DNA of 64,000 bases from Tubulanus polymorphus (GCF_964204645.1 NC_134032.1:3744175-3808174), one strand, 5' to 3'. Positions 10,014 through 21,329 are shown, counted from the stretch's first letter. Translations and numbers: made by a program. The notes: generated from the sequence alone by a model not told the origin.

Positions 10014-13000
10014 TTAACACGTTAGAATCCTTTTCATAATCTCATTTTCTTTTGTTTCTTCTCTTTTGAATTTTATATATTCATCTAAATTGCAACCATA
10101 GGCGACTGTGTGGATTCCATCATCTAAAATATATCTTTTATCATCAAATGGGTTTAGACTTATCTTCTCTATCTCTTCAATATACATTTCATGATCTTCA
10201 GATCTTAAACATTTCATTTTATGTTTTCTAACTTCTTCATTAAATATACAATTGATATAATCTTTGAAATGAATATTCTTTTCAACAACGCTTCTGGTAA
10301 TTCCTTTTAACTTTTTAGCTTCATGAGTTTTAGTTTTATAACTATACATTTTAGATCTAATACCAATGAACTCTATCATTTCTTCACCACCTAATTCATC
10401 CTTAAACTTCCCAGGAACTTTTTTATTATTATTGGTAAACAATTCATGATTTTTAGGATAATTACTGAAATCAAAATGATGTTTTAATGTTTTTAAATCA
10501 TCTGTTATGTTATCAGTTTTTATCTTTAATATGTAAGAATCTGTATCAAAATATAAGATTTCTATATGTTTTTCTCCAAAATGAGGTTGTAATACGTTAT
10601 AGTAAAATTGATACATCAATAGCTTTGAAATTTCTAAAACTGCAGCTCCAACATAAATCGGTTTATTAAATTTCATTGAAGTTCTTCTCATCTTAACTGC
10701 TGCTAAATTTTCATCAAATATTCTGTTACCTATAAACTTATGATATGATTGTAAATGCCTTATCCTTTTACCATTACTAACTAACTCAATATCATTTCTA
10801 TTTCTAATATTTTCACAAGTCTTACCATAGAACGCATTGTTCATTAACTTAAAAAAATCTTTTTCAAAATCAGTTTTAGCTTTAGTTCTCTGTGTAGTAT
10901 TAAAATCTATATATTTTTCTAACCATTTAGATTGACTGAATGAAATATATCTATGTACTTTTTTTAATATCATTCCTTGATTCAAATAGAATTTTAACAT
11001 TATATAATGTACTACATAATTATATTTATCTTCTTGAGTTACCATTAATTTTTCAGTATGAATATGATTATCGGGTTTAATTCTTTTTTGATAATTTGAT
11101 AATTCTTCATGTTTAACAGTTTTATGTTCGGGACAATAAGCTAGATTTCTAGATTTGAATTTAATATTTTCAGGGTATTCTAAATCTACAACGAAGAAGT
11201 AACCAATATCTGAATCATCTGCAATATCTAGGATTCTTTTCTTCCAATCAAATTTATCAATTTGTAAAACTTCAGTTATTTCAAACATCCCATAAGGTTG
11301 TGGTTCCATCATTGCCCAACCATAAAGATTATTTGCATCTATGTATAATAATTTATATCCAGGATTATCATTTACATTGAAATATCTATCACCCAATACA
11401 CCTGAAACACCTCCTCTTATAGATTTTTCAAATAATAGTAATTGATCTATATTTGTTAACAAATCCATTTTTATATCTGTAAATTTTAATCCACAATCCC
11501 ATGTTAATCCTGGTGATGAATAACAATGACAAGGATCAATATTGAAATATTTTAGGTTTACATCTCTAAACCTTTCGAATATATCGGTTAATAATAATAC
11601 ATCTGATTTTAAATATAAATCTACTAATTGCCCATGATTTTCTATTTTGAAATGATTCCAAATATTCAATGTTCTATCATAGACTTCATCTTTAACATAT
11701 TCATTTTTTAATTCATCATAAAATTGTTCTTTCAATAATTCAGTTATTTTAAAATCATTATGATTTTTATAGAAAGAATATGGAATCGCTCCTTTATATC
11801 TCATTAATTGAAAATCATCATTATTTGGGTAATATTCTTTTAATATTTGTAATTCATCATCAACTAATGATTTTGATAAGTTATCTAATGAACTATTTAA
11901 AAATCTATATGAATCTATAAATCTTAGACAACCAAATTGGAATGATATATAATTCTCAGATGTTTTAGCTAACATTCTAAATCTATAAGTTGGTATTTTA
12001 TCTTTTGATCTATTTGAATTTAATATTTCTATTTCATTATTGATTTCTTCTATTTTATGACATAACTGTTTGATATATAAATGTGCATCATATCCTGATA
12101 GGTTATGAAATATAACTGGTATAAAGTTAATTTTCTTAGCTTGTAAGTTACAATTCTCATGTGCCGCGCCTCTAAACTTTCCATTCAAATGATCATGATC
12201 TCTTACCTTTTTATCTTTATAATTAAATATCTTTTCACAATAATAACATTTATCTGCAAACGCAAATACTTCTTTATCTTCTTCTGTCATTATAATTTCT
12301 ATATTTGTATTCAATAATTTACTAAATCTTATTTCATATTCAATTAATAAGTCACAAAAATGATTGATAACATTTTCATTTCTATAATTATAATATTCAC
12401 TTTCGATTAGTTCTGGATAATCAGATTTAATATATAACCCGAAAGCTGCAGCTGATTGATGAATCTTTTTAATTGTATTTGTTATTGGTGGTTCATCTGA
12501 AAAATCATTTTCATTAGAATTTAATTTCTTTCTTTTATAATATATATCTTTTCTATCTTTATCTGTTAATTCTTTATTTAATGATTCAAAATCTCCATAT
12601 ATTACAAATGGTACTTTATTTTTGTAATCATATTTATTGAATTCTAATATTTTATCTTTTTCATTTGGTAAAACTAATTTACAATAATCATGATTATCAC
12701 ATAGTTGTTTATGATTTAATAATGTACTTTCATTACTAAATTTATGTAAACATTTTCTACATAGATATATTTTATTATGGTGATCACTTTCTGTTCTAAA
12801 AAATAAATCTATTTGTTTAATCCACATATAATGATTCTCATAATATAGTATATCTATAACATCATTTGAATCATAATCTTTTGATAGATATAAAGGTTCT
12901 AATGTATAATGTTTTATATTGTTACCTTTTGTATTTGGTAATTTGATTAAATCAAATACATTTATCTTTATATTATTATCTCTTTCTATTTTTGGAATAT

Positions 13001-14040
13001 TTTTAATTCTAACAGGATACTTATCTATCTTATAATTACTTTCAAATGGTTTATAATGAGTTAATCTACAAATATTATAAGTTGCAGGATGTAAACAACT
13101 TATTATAGTCCATAGAAAACATTTATCATCTTCATTTTGTATGTTTATAACAGCATTAGTTTTTAAATGGTAGTTTGATATAACTCGATGCTTCAATATC
13201 TGGTTCTTTATAATATGATAAATTATTTTCATCTATTGGTTTTGATTTAGTTAACTTATTATATTTTGTGTTATAAACATGTAAAGTTATAAATATTGTC
13301 TCATCAAATATTAAACCAGATCCTTCAAAATATTTCTCTTCTATTTTAGTTTTTACTTCATTATAACATTTATCTAATTTATCATCTATATGTTGTTTAG
13401 ATATAATATGTTGTGAATGAGAATTTATATTATATATTGGTTTATCTTCAGATTTTATAAACTTTACTTTAACTGATATACTAATTTTTGGATATTCTAC
13501 GTTTGTAATTATTTTTATTATTTCTTTCATATTTTCTAAATGTTTTTTATTTTCTTCTAATGTTTTTCCTTTATGAAATTTAAACTCGATAGCTGCTGGA
13601 CCAATATCACTTTTAAATGCTTCGGTTATCTCTATATCTTTTTTATTATCTAATGAATTAATATAATTTCTTACATCTTCCATATATGGTCTTTTATTGT
13701 TTAATTTATTTTTTATTCTTTTAATTGTCTTCTGTTTCTTATCGTTATCATTATCAAAATAATCTTCACCTAAAATATCATTATTCTTATTTCTAATATG
13801 ACTTATAGATTTTAAATGTTCTTTATAATATCTTTTATCACTGAATGATTGATTACATGTATCACATTTGTATGTTTCTTTTTCATTCTTTAATTCTTCT
13901 AATTTAGATTCTAATATATCATCTTTATATTCTAGTTTCAATTTATTCTCTAAATGTGTTCTAGTTTTATTGTGTCTTGCTTTTTGGGATTTATCTATAT
14001 CGATATTACATGTTGGGCAGTAGTACTTATTTGCTTCCAT
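10014..14040 (-). pseudogene. Protein-primed family B DNA polymerase (ZnF, terminal-protein-like, vOTU-like, Exo with EndoVII insert, Pol), split by a 1-bp frameshift near 13160
   Basis: ExoI YGDFES, ExoII HNLSGYD, Pol motifs DANNLYG, KLMNNAFYGK and YFDTDS. Removing one A from TTTAAAAACTAAT fuses SSYIKLPFK to TNAVINIQNEDDKCF, giving about 1341 aa. Confidence 0.92.
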
Positions 14041-14122
14041 TTTAATACTATATTTTTTATTAAAATTGATTTTAGAAGTTCAATGATTTAAATGTTATTC
14101 ATATATATATGAATATTTTAAG

Positions 14123-14389
14123 AGTAATAGGGGTAATAGGCTTTCGGGTTAAAGGTTGAACGGGCGGGTGAGTAAAAATGAAAAACATAAAAATAATTAC
14201 AATTTCTACTTGAATTAGGAGTGAAACTCATAAAAATGAAAAATAAATTCGAGCGTGTGAGAATTTATTTTTCATTTTTATGAGTTTCGCGAGTAATTCA
14301 AGTAGAAATTGTTATTATTTTTATGTTTTGCATTTTTTACGAGCTCGACCGTTCGACCTTTGATTCGAAAGCCTATTACCCCTATTACT
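14123..14389. repeat. Terminal imperfect palindrome (267-bp hairpin) of element A
   Basis: AGTAATAGGGGTAATAGGCTTTCG...CGAAAGCCTATTACCCCTATTACT; loop GAGCGTGTGA at 14251-14260. Confidence 0.95.
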
Positions 14390-14891
14390 GATCTCTCCTA
14401 ACCCCGATGCCAGGTTGGATTACAGTTCCATCTCCCCTAAGGGTCTCTGAAGGGGATTGTATGGCAGGAGGTGAAATTCTTTGCAGACGTGCTCCCAATT
14501 CCCAAGTTAGTTTTACCAACTTGGATATTTCCAATCTCAGCCCGGGTGCGAAAGACAATTCCGGTTAAACGATTCAGAACTCCTAAGTCTTCGCCAGTTC
14601 CACCCAACAAATGTAATAAAGGAATTTCTTCTTTCCAATCCGAAAAACTTTGTTAAACTCGATCGAGGTCGCATAATCACTTTGGCAATATCCTATCTTT
14701 GAAACAAGTGAATCACAAGACACTGCATAAATTGATGAAAAAATTATTCGTAGCAATACATTCCATTTTTTTCTGAAATCAGTTGGATTTATCTAAAGCG
14801 AAGAAATGATGTTTGGCGATGTTGTTCGATTTGACGGCACAAGTCACGCCACATTTGCATATTCGAAGCAGACAACGGAACCAATAGCGAA

Positions 14892-15842
14892 ATGGTTTTC
14901 GTCAATGTCACCTTCTTGCAACCAATCGGACGCCCTTACCAATCCTACTTCGCTCTGAAATCGATTGTACACATGTCTGGTCCGAATAGAACAGTGGCGC
15001 TGATCACTTTCCCGATCATGTTCATTCTAGGTACGTTCGGCAACACGGCCAGTTTCCTGGTGATGAGTAGCCGAAGATTCAGGCGATTTTCGTACGCGAA
15101 CTACTTGATGGTTTTGTCCATTGCAGATTTATTACTGACCATCAGTATGTCCGGTATGCCGTTGTGGGAGTACGCGTTGAGAAGAGTGGATTTCTCCAGT
15201 CTCGGACAGTGTTTAGCTTACGAATTCGTATTCAAATTTGCGTTTTCCTGGAGCACGACTCTTATAGTTTTTATTACGGTGGAAAGAGTACTAGTTGTCG
15301 TTTTTCCGTTCACGTCGCGTGTCATATGCACGGTAAAATGTTCTCGCCGCATCATGTTAGTAATGGTTGTTCCAAATTTCCTAGTCGCCAGTCACACGTT
15401 TTTCGGTATGCGTTTTTCCGACAAGCTGAAATGTCACTATTACAGTTTCCGCTTCCATAAACAGATGTACTTTTACCTGAACGTATTTTTATACGTCGGC
15501 CCAAGTGTGCTGCTGATCGTTTGTAATTTGGTAATCATTATTTTCATGCGACGCGGATTAAAAGTCGGGGAGACCGGGCGAAAAACGGCTAAAGCCCGTC
15601 GTACAACCATAATGCTGATAACGGTATCTTCGACCTTCGTGGTTACCACATTGCCAAACACGATCACGTCTTTTCTTCCGATTCCCGAACATACCGTCGA
15701 TTATTTCTATACAATTTTCACGATGGTTACGACGTTGAATTACTCGTTAAATTTCTATATCTATCTATTACTGGGGTCTGAAGTCCGCGTGTTCGTAACG
15801 GAGAAGATTACCTGCAGAACCGACGCGAAAATTGCTCGGTAA
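14892..15842 (+). CDS. Intronless class A GPCR (peptide-receptor/chemoreceptor-like)
   Basis: Seven hydrophobic segments; GTFGN, LSIADL, TVERV, TLPN, NYSLNFYIY; host-like base composition. Confidence 0.9.
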   Translation: MVFVNVTFLQPIGRPYQSYFALKSIVHMSGPNRTVALITFPIMFILGTFGNTASFLVMSSRRFRRFSYANYLMVLSIADLLLTISMSGMPLWEYALRRVDFSSLGQCLAYEFVFKFAFSWSTTLIVFITVERVLVVVFPFTSRVICTVKCSRRIMLVMVVPNFLVASHTFFGMRFSDKLKCHYYSFRFHKQMYFYLNVFLYVGPSVLLIVCNLVIIIFMRRGLKVGETGRKTAKARRTTIMLITVSSTFVVTTLPNTITSFLPIPEHTVDYFYTIFTMVTTLNYSLNFYIYLLLGSEVRVFVTEKITCRTDAKIAR

Positions 15843-15989
15843 AATTGGAGACAAAATTACCCGCCAATTTTACCCAATCATTATCATCCAAGTTCCATTT
15901 TAGTGAAGGGAAAATTCGCAAAATGGATGAAGATTAGTCAATCAATTGTGCTTGAAATCGTTACGCCATCGTCAGAAATTTCATTTGTA

Positions 15990-17015
15990 TCTGAAATATT
16001 GAACGATCGTATGGCACATCCGGGAAGAAATAAGACCTTAGCGTAAATTCGCAGTCGATTCTTCTGGCCTGGTATGTCCGCGGATGTTGATTTCTATGTG
16101 AAATCGTGTACACGTTGTGTGGTGCATAAAAGCTCTACGCCGGGGCAACAGAATCCGCTAGTGTCCATCATAACTTCGCATCCCCCCCCCCCCCCCGGGG
16201 TACTTTGTTCAGATTTTATTTTCACATTAGATCAAAGTAAAGGAGGATTTGAACATGTATTGGTCATGACTGACCACATTACTAAATACGCACTAGCAGT
16301 CCCCACTCGAAATCGGCCCACTCGCACTACAGCTCGGGTTATGTTCGAAACTTTTATTTCAAAGCTTGGAGTCCCTATACGAATCCATCGTGATCAGGCA
16401 GCTAATTTCGAAAGTAATTTGGAAGAGAACTGTGCGACATATTTGGTATTTAGAAGTGGCGTACAACCCCATAACATCCGATATGGGAAATGGGGCTTGC
16501 GAACGGTTTAATTCTACTCTGATCTAGCGGTTAGGCCTATTAGAACCAGTGAAAAATAAACCTGGAAAGACCATATATCGTCAGTTGTATTTCAATACAA
16601 CTGCACACCCCACGATACTATAGGATTTTCACCTTACCACCTCATGTTCGGTCGAGAACCTAGTTTGCCAGTTGATGAGGAATACCAACTACATCAACCA
16701 CAAAAGCAATTTACTGCTACCCTCCAAGAGGAGTTTAACCTCCTATGGGCTCAAGCTAGGGAGAAATTACAAAAATCTGCTAAAACATTCGCGCGGAATT
16801 ACAATTAAACGGTTCGAGGTGTTCGATATCAGAAGGGGACATGGTATTAGTGAGATGTGTTGGGGTAAAGGGTAGAAACAAATTAGGAGATCGCTGGAGG
16901 GAGAACCCTCATCTTGTTGCGTCACAACCAAGCACGAGTATTCCCTATATGTAGTCGAAGATACGGTTACAGGCAAACGGAGAACACTCCATAGAAATCA
17001 GCTTTTGAGTTTGTC
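15990..17015 (+). pseudogene. Ty3/Gypsy LTR-retrotransposon integrase remnant
   Basis: HPGRNKT...RFFWPGM...VKSCTRC (H2C2), LVMTDHITKY, IHRDQAANFES, YNCTPHDTIGFSPY; stops and frameshifts. Confidence 0.88.
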
Positions 17016-17019
17016 TCGT

Positions 17020-17320
17020 TAGGGGCCGTCCATAAAAGACATCCACGCTGTAGGGGGAGGGGGTTAAGATTTGTTTGACTTGTGGAAAAGGGAAGGGGGT
17101 TCCTCTGATATGGATGTCCATCTTGAAAGGGGGGTCACTAGTTTAGTAAAATCACTTAATCCACCAATGACTAGTTACCAGAACTTCAGAAGTTATAGTC
17201 ATAATACCAGGTTAAGGTAAATGTAAATACGTTAATAAAAGTTCAGTTTTTTATGCCGCATCAAACCTTTATCAAGTGTGAAACTTAAGGTCCACTGTCC
17301 ACGAGAAAGGGGGTCAAGCT
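17020..17320. mobile_element. Truncated MITE-like element
   Basis: Starts TTAGGGGCCGTCCATAAAAGAC with G-rich subterminal sequence; the other end is missing at the junction with element B. Confidence 0.4.
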
Positions 17321-17639
17321 GATTGGTCGCTCCACTTCGCTACCGCTCCGCTCCGCGACCAATTGATTTATTTACAATACACAAATTCATATAATCAAAT
17401 ATATTCAAATAATAATAATTATTCTATTATTCAACTGAAATACACACGGTTATGAAAATATATTATAGTTTTAAATTACTTTTAATGTTTTGTTTTTAAT
17501 GAGCTCGACCATTCAACCTTTAACCCGAAAGCCCATTACCCCTATTACTCTTAAAATATTCATATAAATGAATAACATTTAAATTGACAGATTATTCAAT
17601 ATAAAAGTGTAAGCTCTTATAGGATATATATATAAATAG

Positions 17640-18250
17640 TTATTTTATAAATTTATATTCATATGGAAATTGTAGTCTCAGTAATAATTTTGAACCTTTA
17701 TTATTCTTTAATTTATTCATATATTCATCATATAATTCAGTAGGTATAATTTGATTTTCTTCCAATGATTGTTGCATAGATTTTCTATCTTTATTGTAGA
17801 ATAAAACTAGAAATCTTATATTCTCCCTAAAGTCTTTAACAATTGAATTATGTTTTTGATTTAAAACCCATGTTGTTATCCCAAAATGTCTTCCAGAGAA
17901 AGCTAAATAACATAACTCACTTTCTCTAACTTTTGAATCATGTTAATTTGCGCAATCATCTACAATGAATAATGTATTTGATCCTTTATAAGTATCAATT
18001 GCTATTTTTATACAATTATCTAAATTTTCTTTTACTGTTTTAGGGTCTAATATAATAAACTTTTTTATCTTAACTATATATCTATTATATGTTTTATTCA
18101 TTTCACAAGTAGGGCAGAAAATATTATATTATCAAAATGATTCTTATAAATAGTTTCTAACAAGTCTAATATGAAATGTGTTTTACCACAGTTTGTTACA
18201 CCAGTAACTAACATATTATGCGGTTCAAATATAAATAAATCTTTATTCAT
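17640..18250 (-). pseudogene. Packaging ATPase pseudogene
   Basis: Reverse-complement homolog of 1122-1739 with a frameshift near 18120 and a TAA near 17944. Confidence 0.9.
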
Positions 18251-19332
18251 TTATTCTTTTAATTTTACTAGATAAAATCCATTCATTAAATTTATCATCG
18301 TATCCTTTATATTTCACCAAAGAATACTTTTTTCCTTTAAGAGTTTTTGTTTTCAATACTTTTCTATTTTGTATTCTATTTCCTCTGGATTTGGTACAAG
18401 TGATAATTCTTGTTCATAGAAATAACCTAATATTTCTTCACCTTTTAGATCTTCTAATTTATAAACAAATGGTTTAGTTAATATTATCTTTTTAATCTTG
18501 AATATTTCTTCAGTAAAATTTGGAGTATAACCTTTATAAAATGTTTTTCTATATTTAGATATTCTTACGTGTTGTCTTATTTTAAATCTAGGTTCTCGGA
18601 AATCATGTGTAACAAACGCTCCATATAAATTATTCCAAAATATTTCCGAATTATCTTCTTTTTTAGCTTGTATAGGTTTCATATTTATAGAACTATGTTT
18701 AGAATTATTATAACTTTTCACTAAATCATCTAACACATCGATATATTTATATGTTTCATTAGCAGTAAAATATTTCCACATTCTAGTTTTCAATGTTTTA
18801 TTAAATCTTTCTATAATAGATGCTTTTTTATCTGAATGTGTTGAAAAATAATCTACATCGTTATCAGATAATAGTTTTTTGAAATGTTTGTTATAAAATT
18901 CCTTACCTTCATCAAATTGTATCTTATCTGGAATAGCTTCTTTAAATATTGATTTAAAAGCATTTGTTACTTCTATACCAGTTTTATTTTTGATTGGAAT
19001 TGACCATGCGTATCGACTGAATATGTCTATAACATTCAGTATCCAGAAATATCCTTTGTTGTATTCTTCTAAGTTCTTCATGTCAATTAAATCTGCTTGC
19101 CAATGTTGATCGATATATGAAACCATAACTTTTCTTGTTAAATAAGTTTTATCCATTTTCTTGTGTATTTGATATGTTGGTTGATTTTGTAACCATGGTT
19201 TTATTCACTATATTTTATATAACCATTTTTCTTATCAGATTTAATTTTATTCCATAATTCTGAAATACTAGAATGTGATACTTCACTTTCTGGGTTATAA
19301 TATAAATCTCTTAAATATTGTTCTTTTTTCAT
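18243..19332 (-). pseudogene. Polinton integrase pseudogene
   Basis: Near-identical protein to 41-1129 (ORF 18353-19156) with frameshifts near 19205 and 18357. Confidence 0.92.
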
Positions 19333-19338
19333 CTGATT

Positions 19339-19711
19339 TTAATCCATTAATAATAATTTAGATTTAGTTTCAATGGTTTTAGGATTTGACTTATTTTCTG
19401 GTATGATAGGTTTATTATCATTGGAATCATTATTGTTATAATCAGATATATACTTATATTTATATATTACACCAGAGAATATAATAACTGTTACTAATCC
19501 AATTGTAATATATAAGTAATTATTACTTCCAGCATTAGAAGAATTAGATGGATTATTATTTGATTCAATATCAGATAAAGTCTGTGATTCATTTATATCA
19601 GTTAATTTTTTTTTTCTTAGCTTTTTTTAATTCTGAAGATCTTTTACCTAATTCTCTTGCCCATTTAATTTGTTTCTCTGATCTAGCCTTTTTCTTAACG
19701 CCATCACTCAT
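19339..19711 (-). pseudogene. Small basic protein with a TM helix, frameshifted in an A-run
   Basis: MSDGVKKKARSEKQIKWARELGKRS...YITIGLVTVIIFSG...KLLLMD*; its 3' end matches window positions 1-37 of element A. Confidence 0.65.
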
Positions 19712-20302
19712 TTATTTTAGTTAATTTTTGTTCTGATTCATTTTCTATTTCACTGTTTGGTTGTAGAACAGCGTCATCTGTTTCGTCCTTACCTGATTTA
19801 TATTCCATAGGCTTGATGTTCGAAACAGTTATGACACCAGTAGAAATTAATGTCATAACCGATCCTAATTGAAATGAAGCATAACCAACCCATTTTTGTA
19901 ATTCAGTCATAACTAAGTAGTCATTTTTCAAATCACTATATAATTTATTTTCATCATCAATTGGTATTAACTGGTTACATAACATTTGACAATACCATCT
20001 GAAATAGAATCATTTATTCGGGATAATCTTGCCTCTTCATAAATCTTAAAATATTTCATTACTTTATCTGGTTTCATAACATCTAATTCTTGAAAAGTAA
20101 TAGTCTTAGTTAAAAACTCTTTAGTTTTTCCACCGGCAATCAATAGTTCTAGATGATGCTTACAATATAAATAGTATTCATAATCTATATTACAATTAAC
20201 TTGAGCACAATTAGTTACAACTGTATCTTTATTATCACTTATACCCAAATCATCTAATGTCTTTTCAATATCAATACTATTCGTATTAGATTTCTTTGAC
20301 AT
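19704..20302 (-). pseudogene. Polinton hypothetical protein split by a frameshift
   Basis: Overlapping ORFs 19967-20302 and 19704-19985 join near 19985; TAAATG start. Confidence 0.65.
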
Positions 20303-20648
20303 TTATATTAGAGAAATTTATTAAGAAAAATATCATAAGTATTCTTCAAATGATACCAGTATCTCTTTAGATTAATACTAGCTTAGTTAAAGGTAAAGAA
20401 TTTTAGTATTAGTTATTGTTTTTTTAGTATTTTTTATTTGTGATATAAAGTATTCTTTTTTGAAAAGAAAATATTAAAAATATAATAGAATTCACTAGCT
20501 AGTTGAAGTTATTGTTTTTTAATATTTTTTATTTAAAATCTATTATTCTTTAACCACTCATTAAAGACTCAACGTATTGTTCATTATTTGGATCATTGTT
20601 CCAAATTGCAAATTTCTTTGCCTTTGTTAACTGTTCTAAATATAACTG

Positions 20649-21212
20649 TTAATCTAGTTTATTAGATTTAATTATGTTTTCCTTCTTTTCTAAAGGTCTT
20701 AAATTCTTCCAATTCCAAACAAGTTTTTTATTGTATTCATCATTCATGTTAAATTTAGAAATCGGCAACACGTGATCAATATGGCAATAATCCCCATAAT
20801 TATCTATATTCATTTTATCATCGAATTGAAATATAATCCATGATTTGAGAAATTCATCTGTATAACACAATAAATTAGATAGTGTTTCTGAATGTGTTTC
20901 TTTGTTGAATAATTGTGTTAATCTAGATCTTAAGCATTGTTTCGATCTAAAATTAAGATCTGTTTGATATCTTTCTCTCATGTATTCTGCCATATAATAA
21001 TTATAATGTTCTATATTATCTTCTCGGTATTGTTTGGTATATAGTTTAAAACGAGTTTTACAACAATATTGAAAACCATCTTTGCTAATCTTACGCTTAC
21101 TAAATTCTGTTAATGATTTATCTAATTCACATTTAGAACACTTCTTGTAATATATATTTATAACACCAGTGTTATTTGTAATATTTATAGTTTGTGGTTG
21201 TTCTGGTTCCAT
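20649..21212 (-). CDS. HNH endonuclease with N-terminal Cys cluster, of the type common in large DNA viruses
   Basis: KKCSKC...CCK, then HIDHVLP...WKNLRPLEKKENIIKSNK. The frame continues past the stop to about 20551, so the stop may be premature. Confidence 0.8.
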   Translation of the reverse strand: MEPEQPQTINITNNTGVINIYYKKCSKCELDKSLTEFSKRKISKDGFQYCCKTRFKLYTKQYREDNIEHYNYYMAEYMRERYQTDLNFRSKQCLRSRLTQLFNKETHSETLSNLLCYTDEFLKSWIIFQFDDKMNIDNYGDYCHIDHVLPISKFNMNDEYNKKLVWNWKNLRPLEKKENIIKSNKLD

Positions 21213-21329
21213 TTATTATACGTATTTTTTACTAAATTGGTTAATATTTTAGAATCCTCTTCCATTTCTTCGACCAACGTCATCCTTTTTCATTCCTCGC
21301 TGCTTTTGATAAGTTTTTTCGATTCCCTG

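Larger units (their letters stand above)
1..14389. mobile_element. Polinton/Maverick-type endogenous virus, element A (left part outside window)
   Basis: Compact AT-rich block encoding integrase, packaging ATPase, major/minor capsid and pPolB. It ends in CCCTATTACT at 14389, the terminus shared with elements B and C, after which base composition switches to host-like. Confidence 0.95.

Noticed and set aside
13150-13172. Programmed ribosomal frameshift in PolB at TTTAAAAAC
   Set aside because: The required shift is +1, there is no in-frame XXXYYYZ heptamer, and other genes in the element carry similar random lesions
14062-14069. Mimivirus early promoter AAAATTGA upstream of PolB
   Set aside because: It lies on the non-coding strand relative to the gene and is expected by chance at this AT content
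14390-14395. TSDs for elements A (GATCTC) and B (AGTGTC at 23264-23269)
   Set aside because: The partner end is outside the window for A and deleted for B, so neither can be verified
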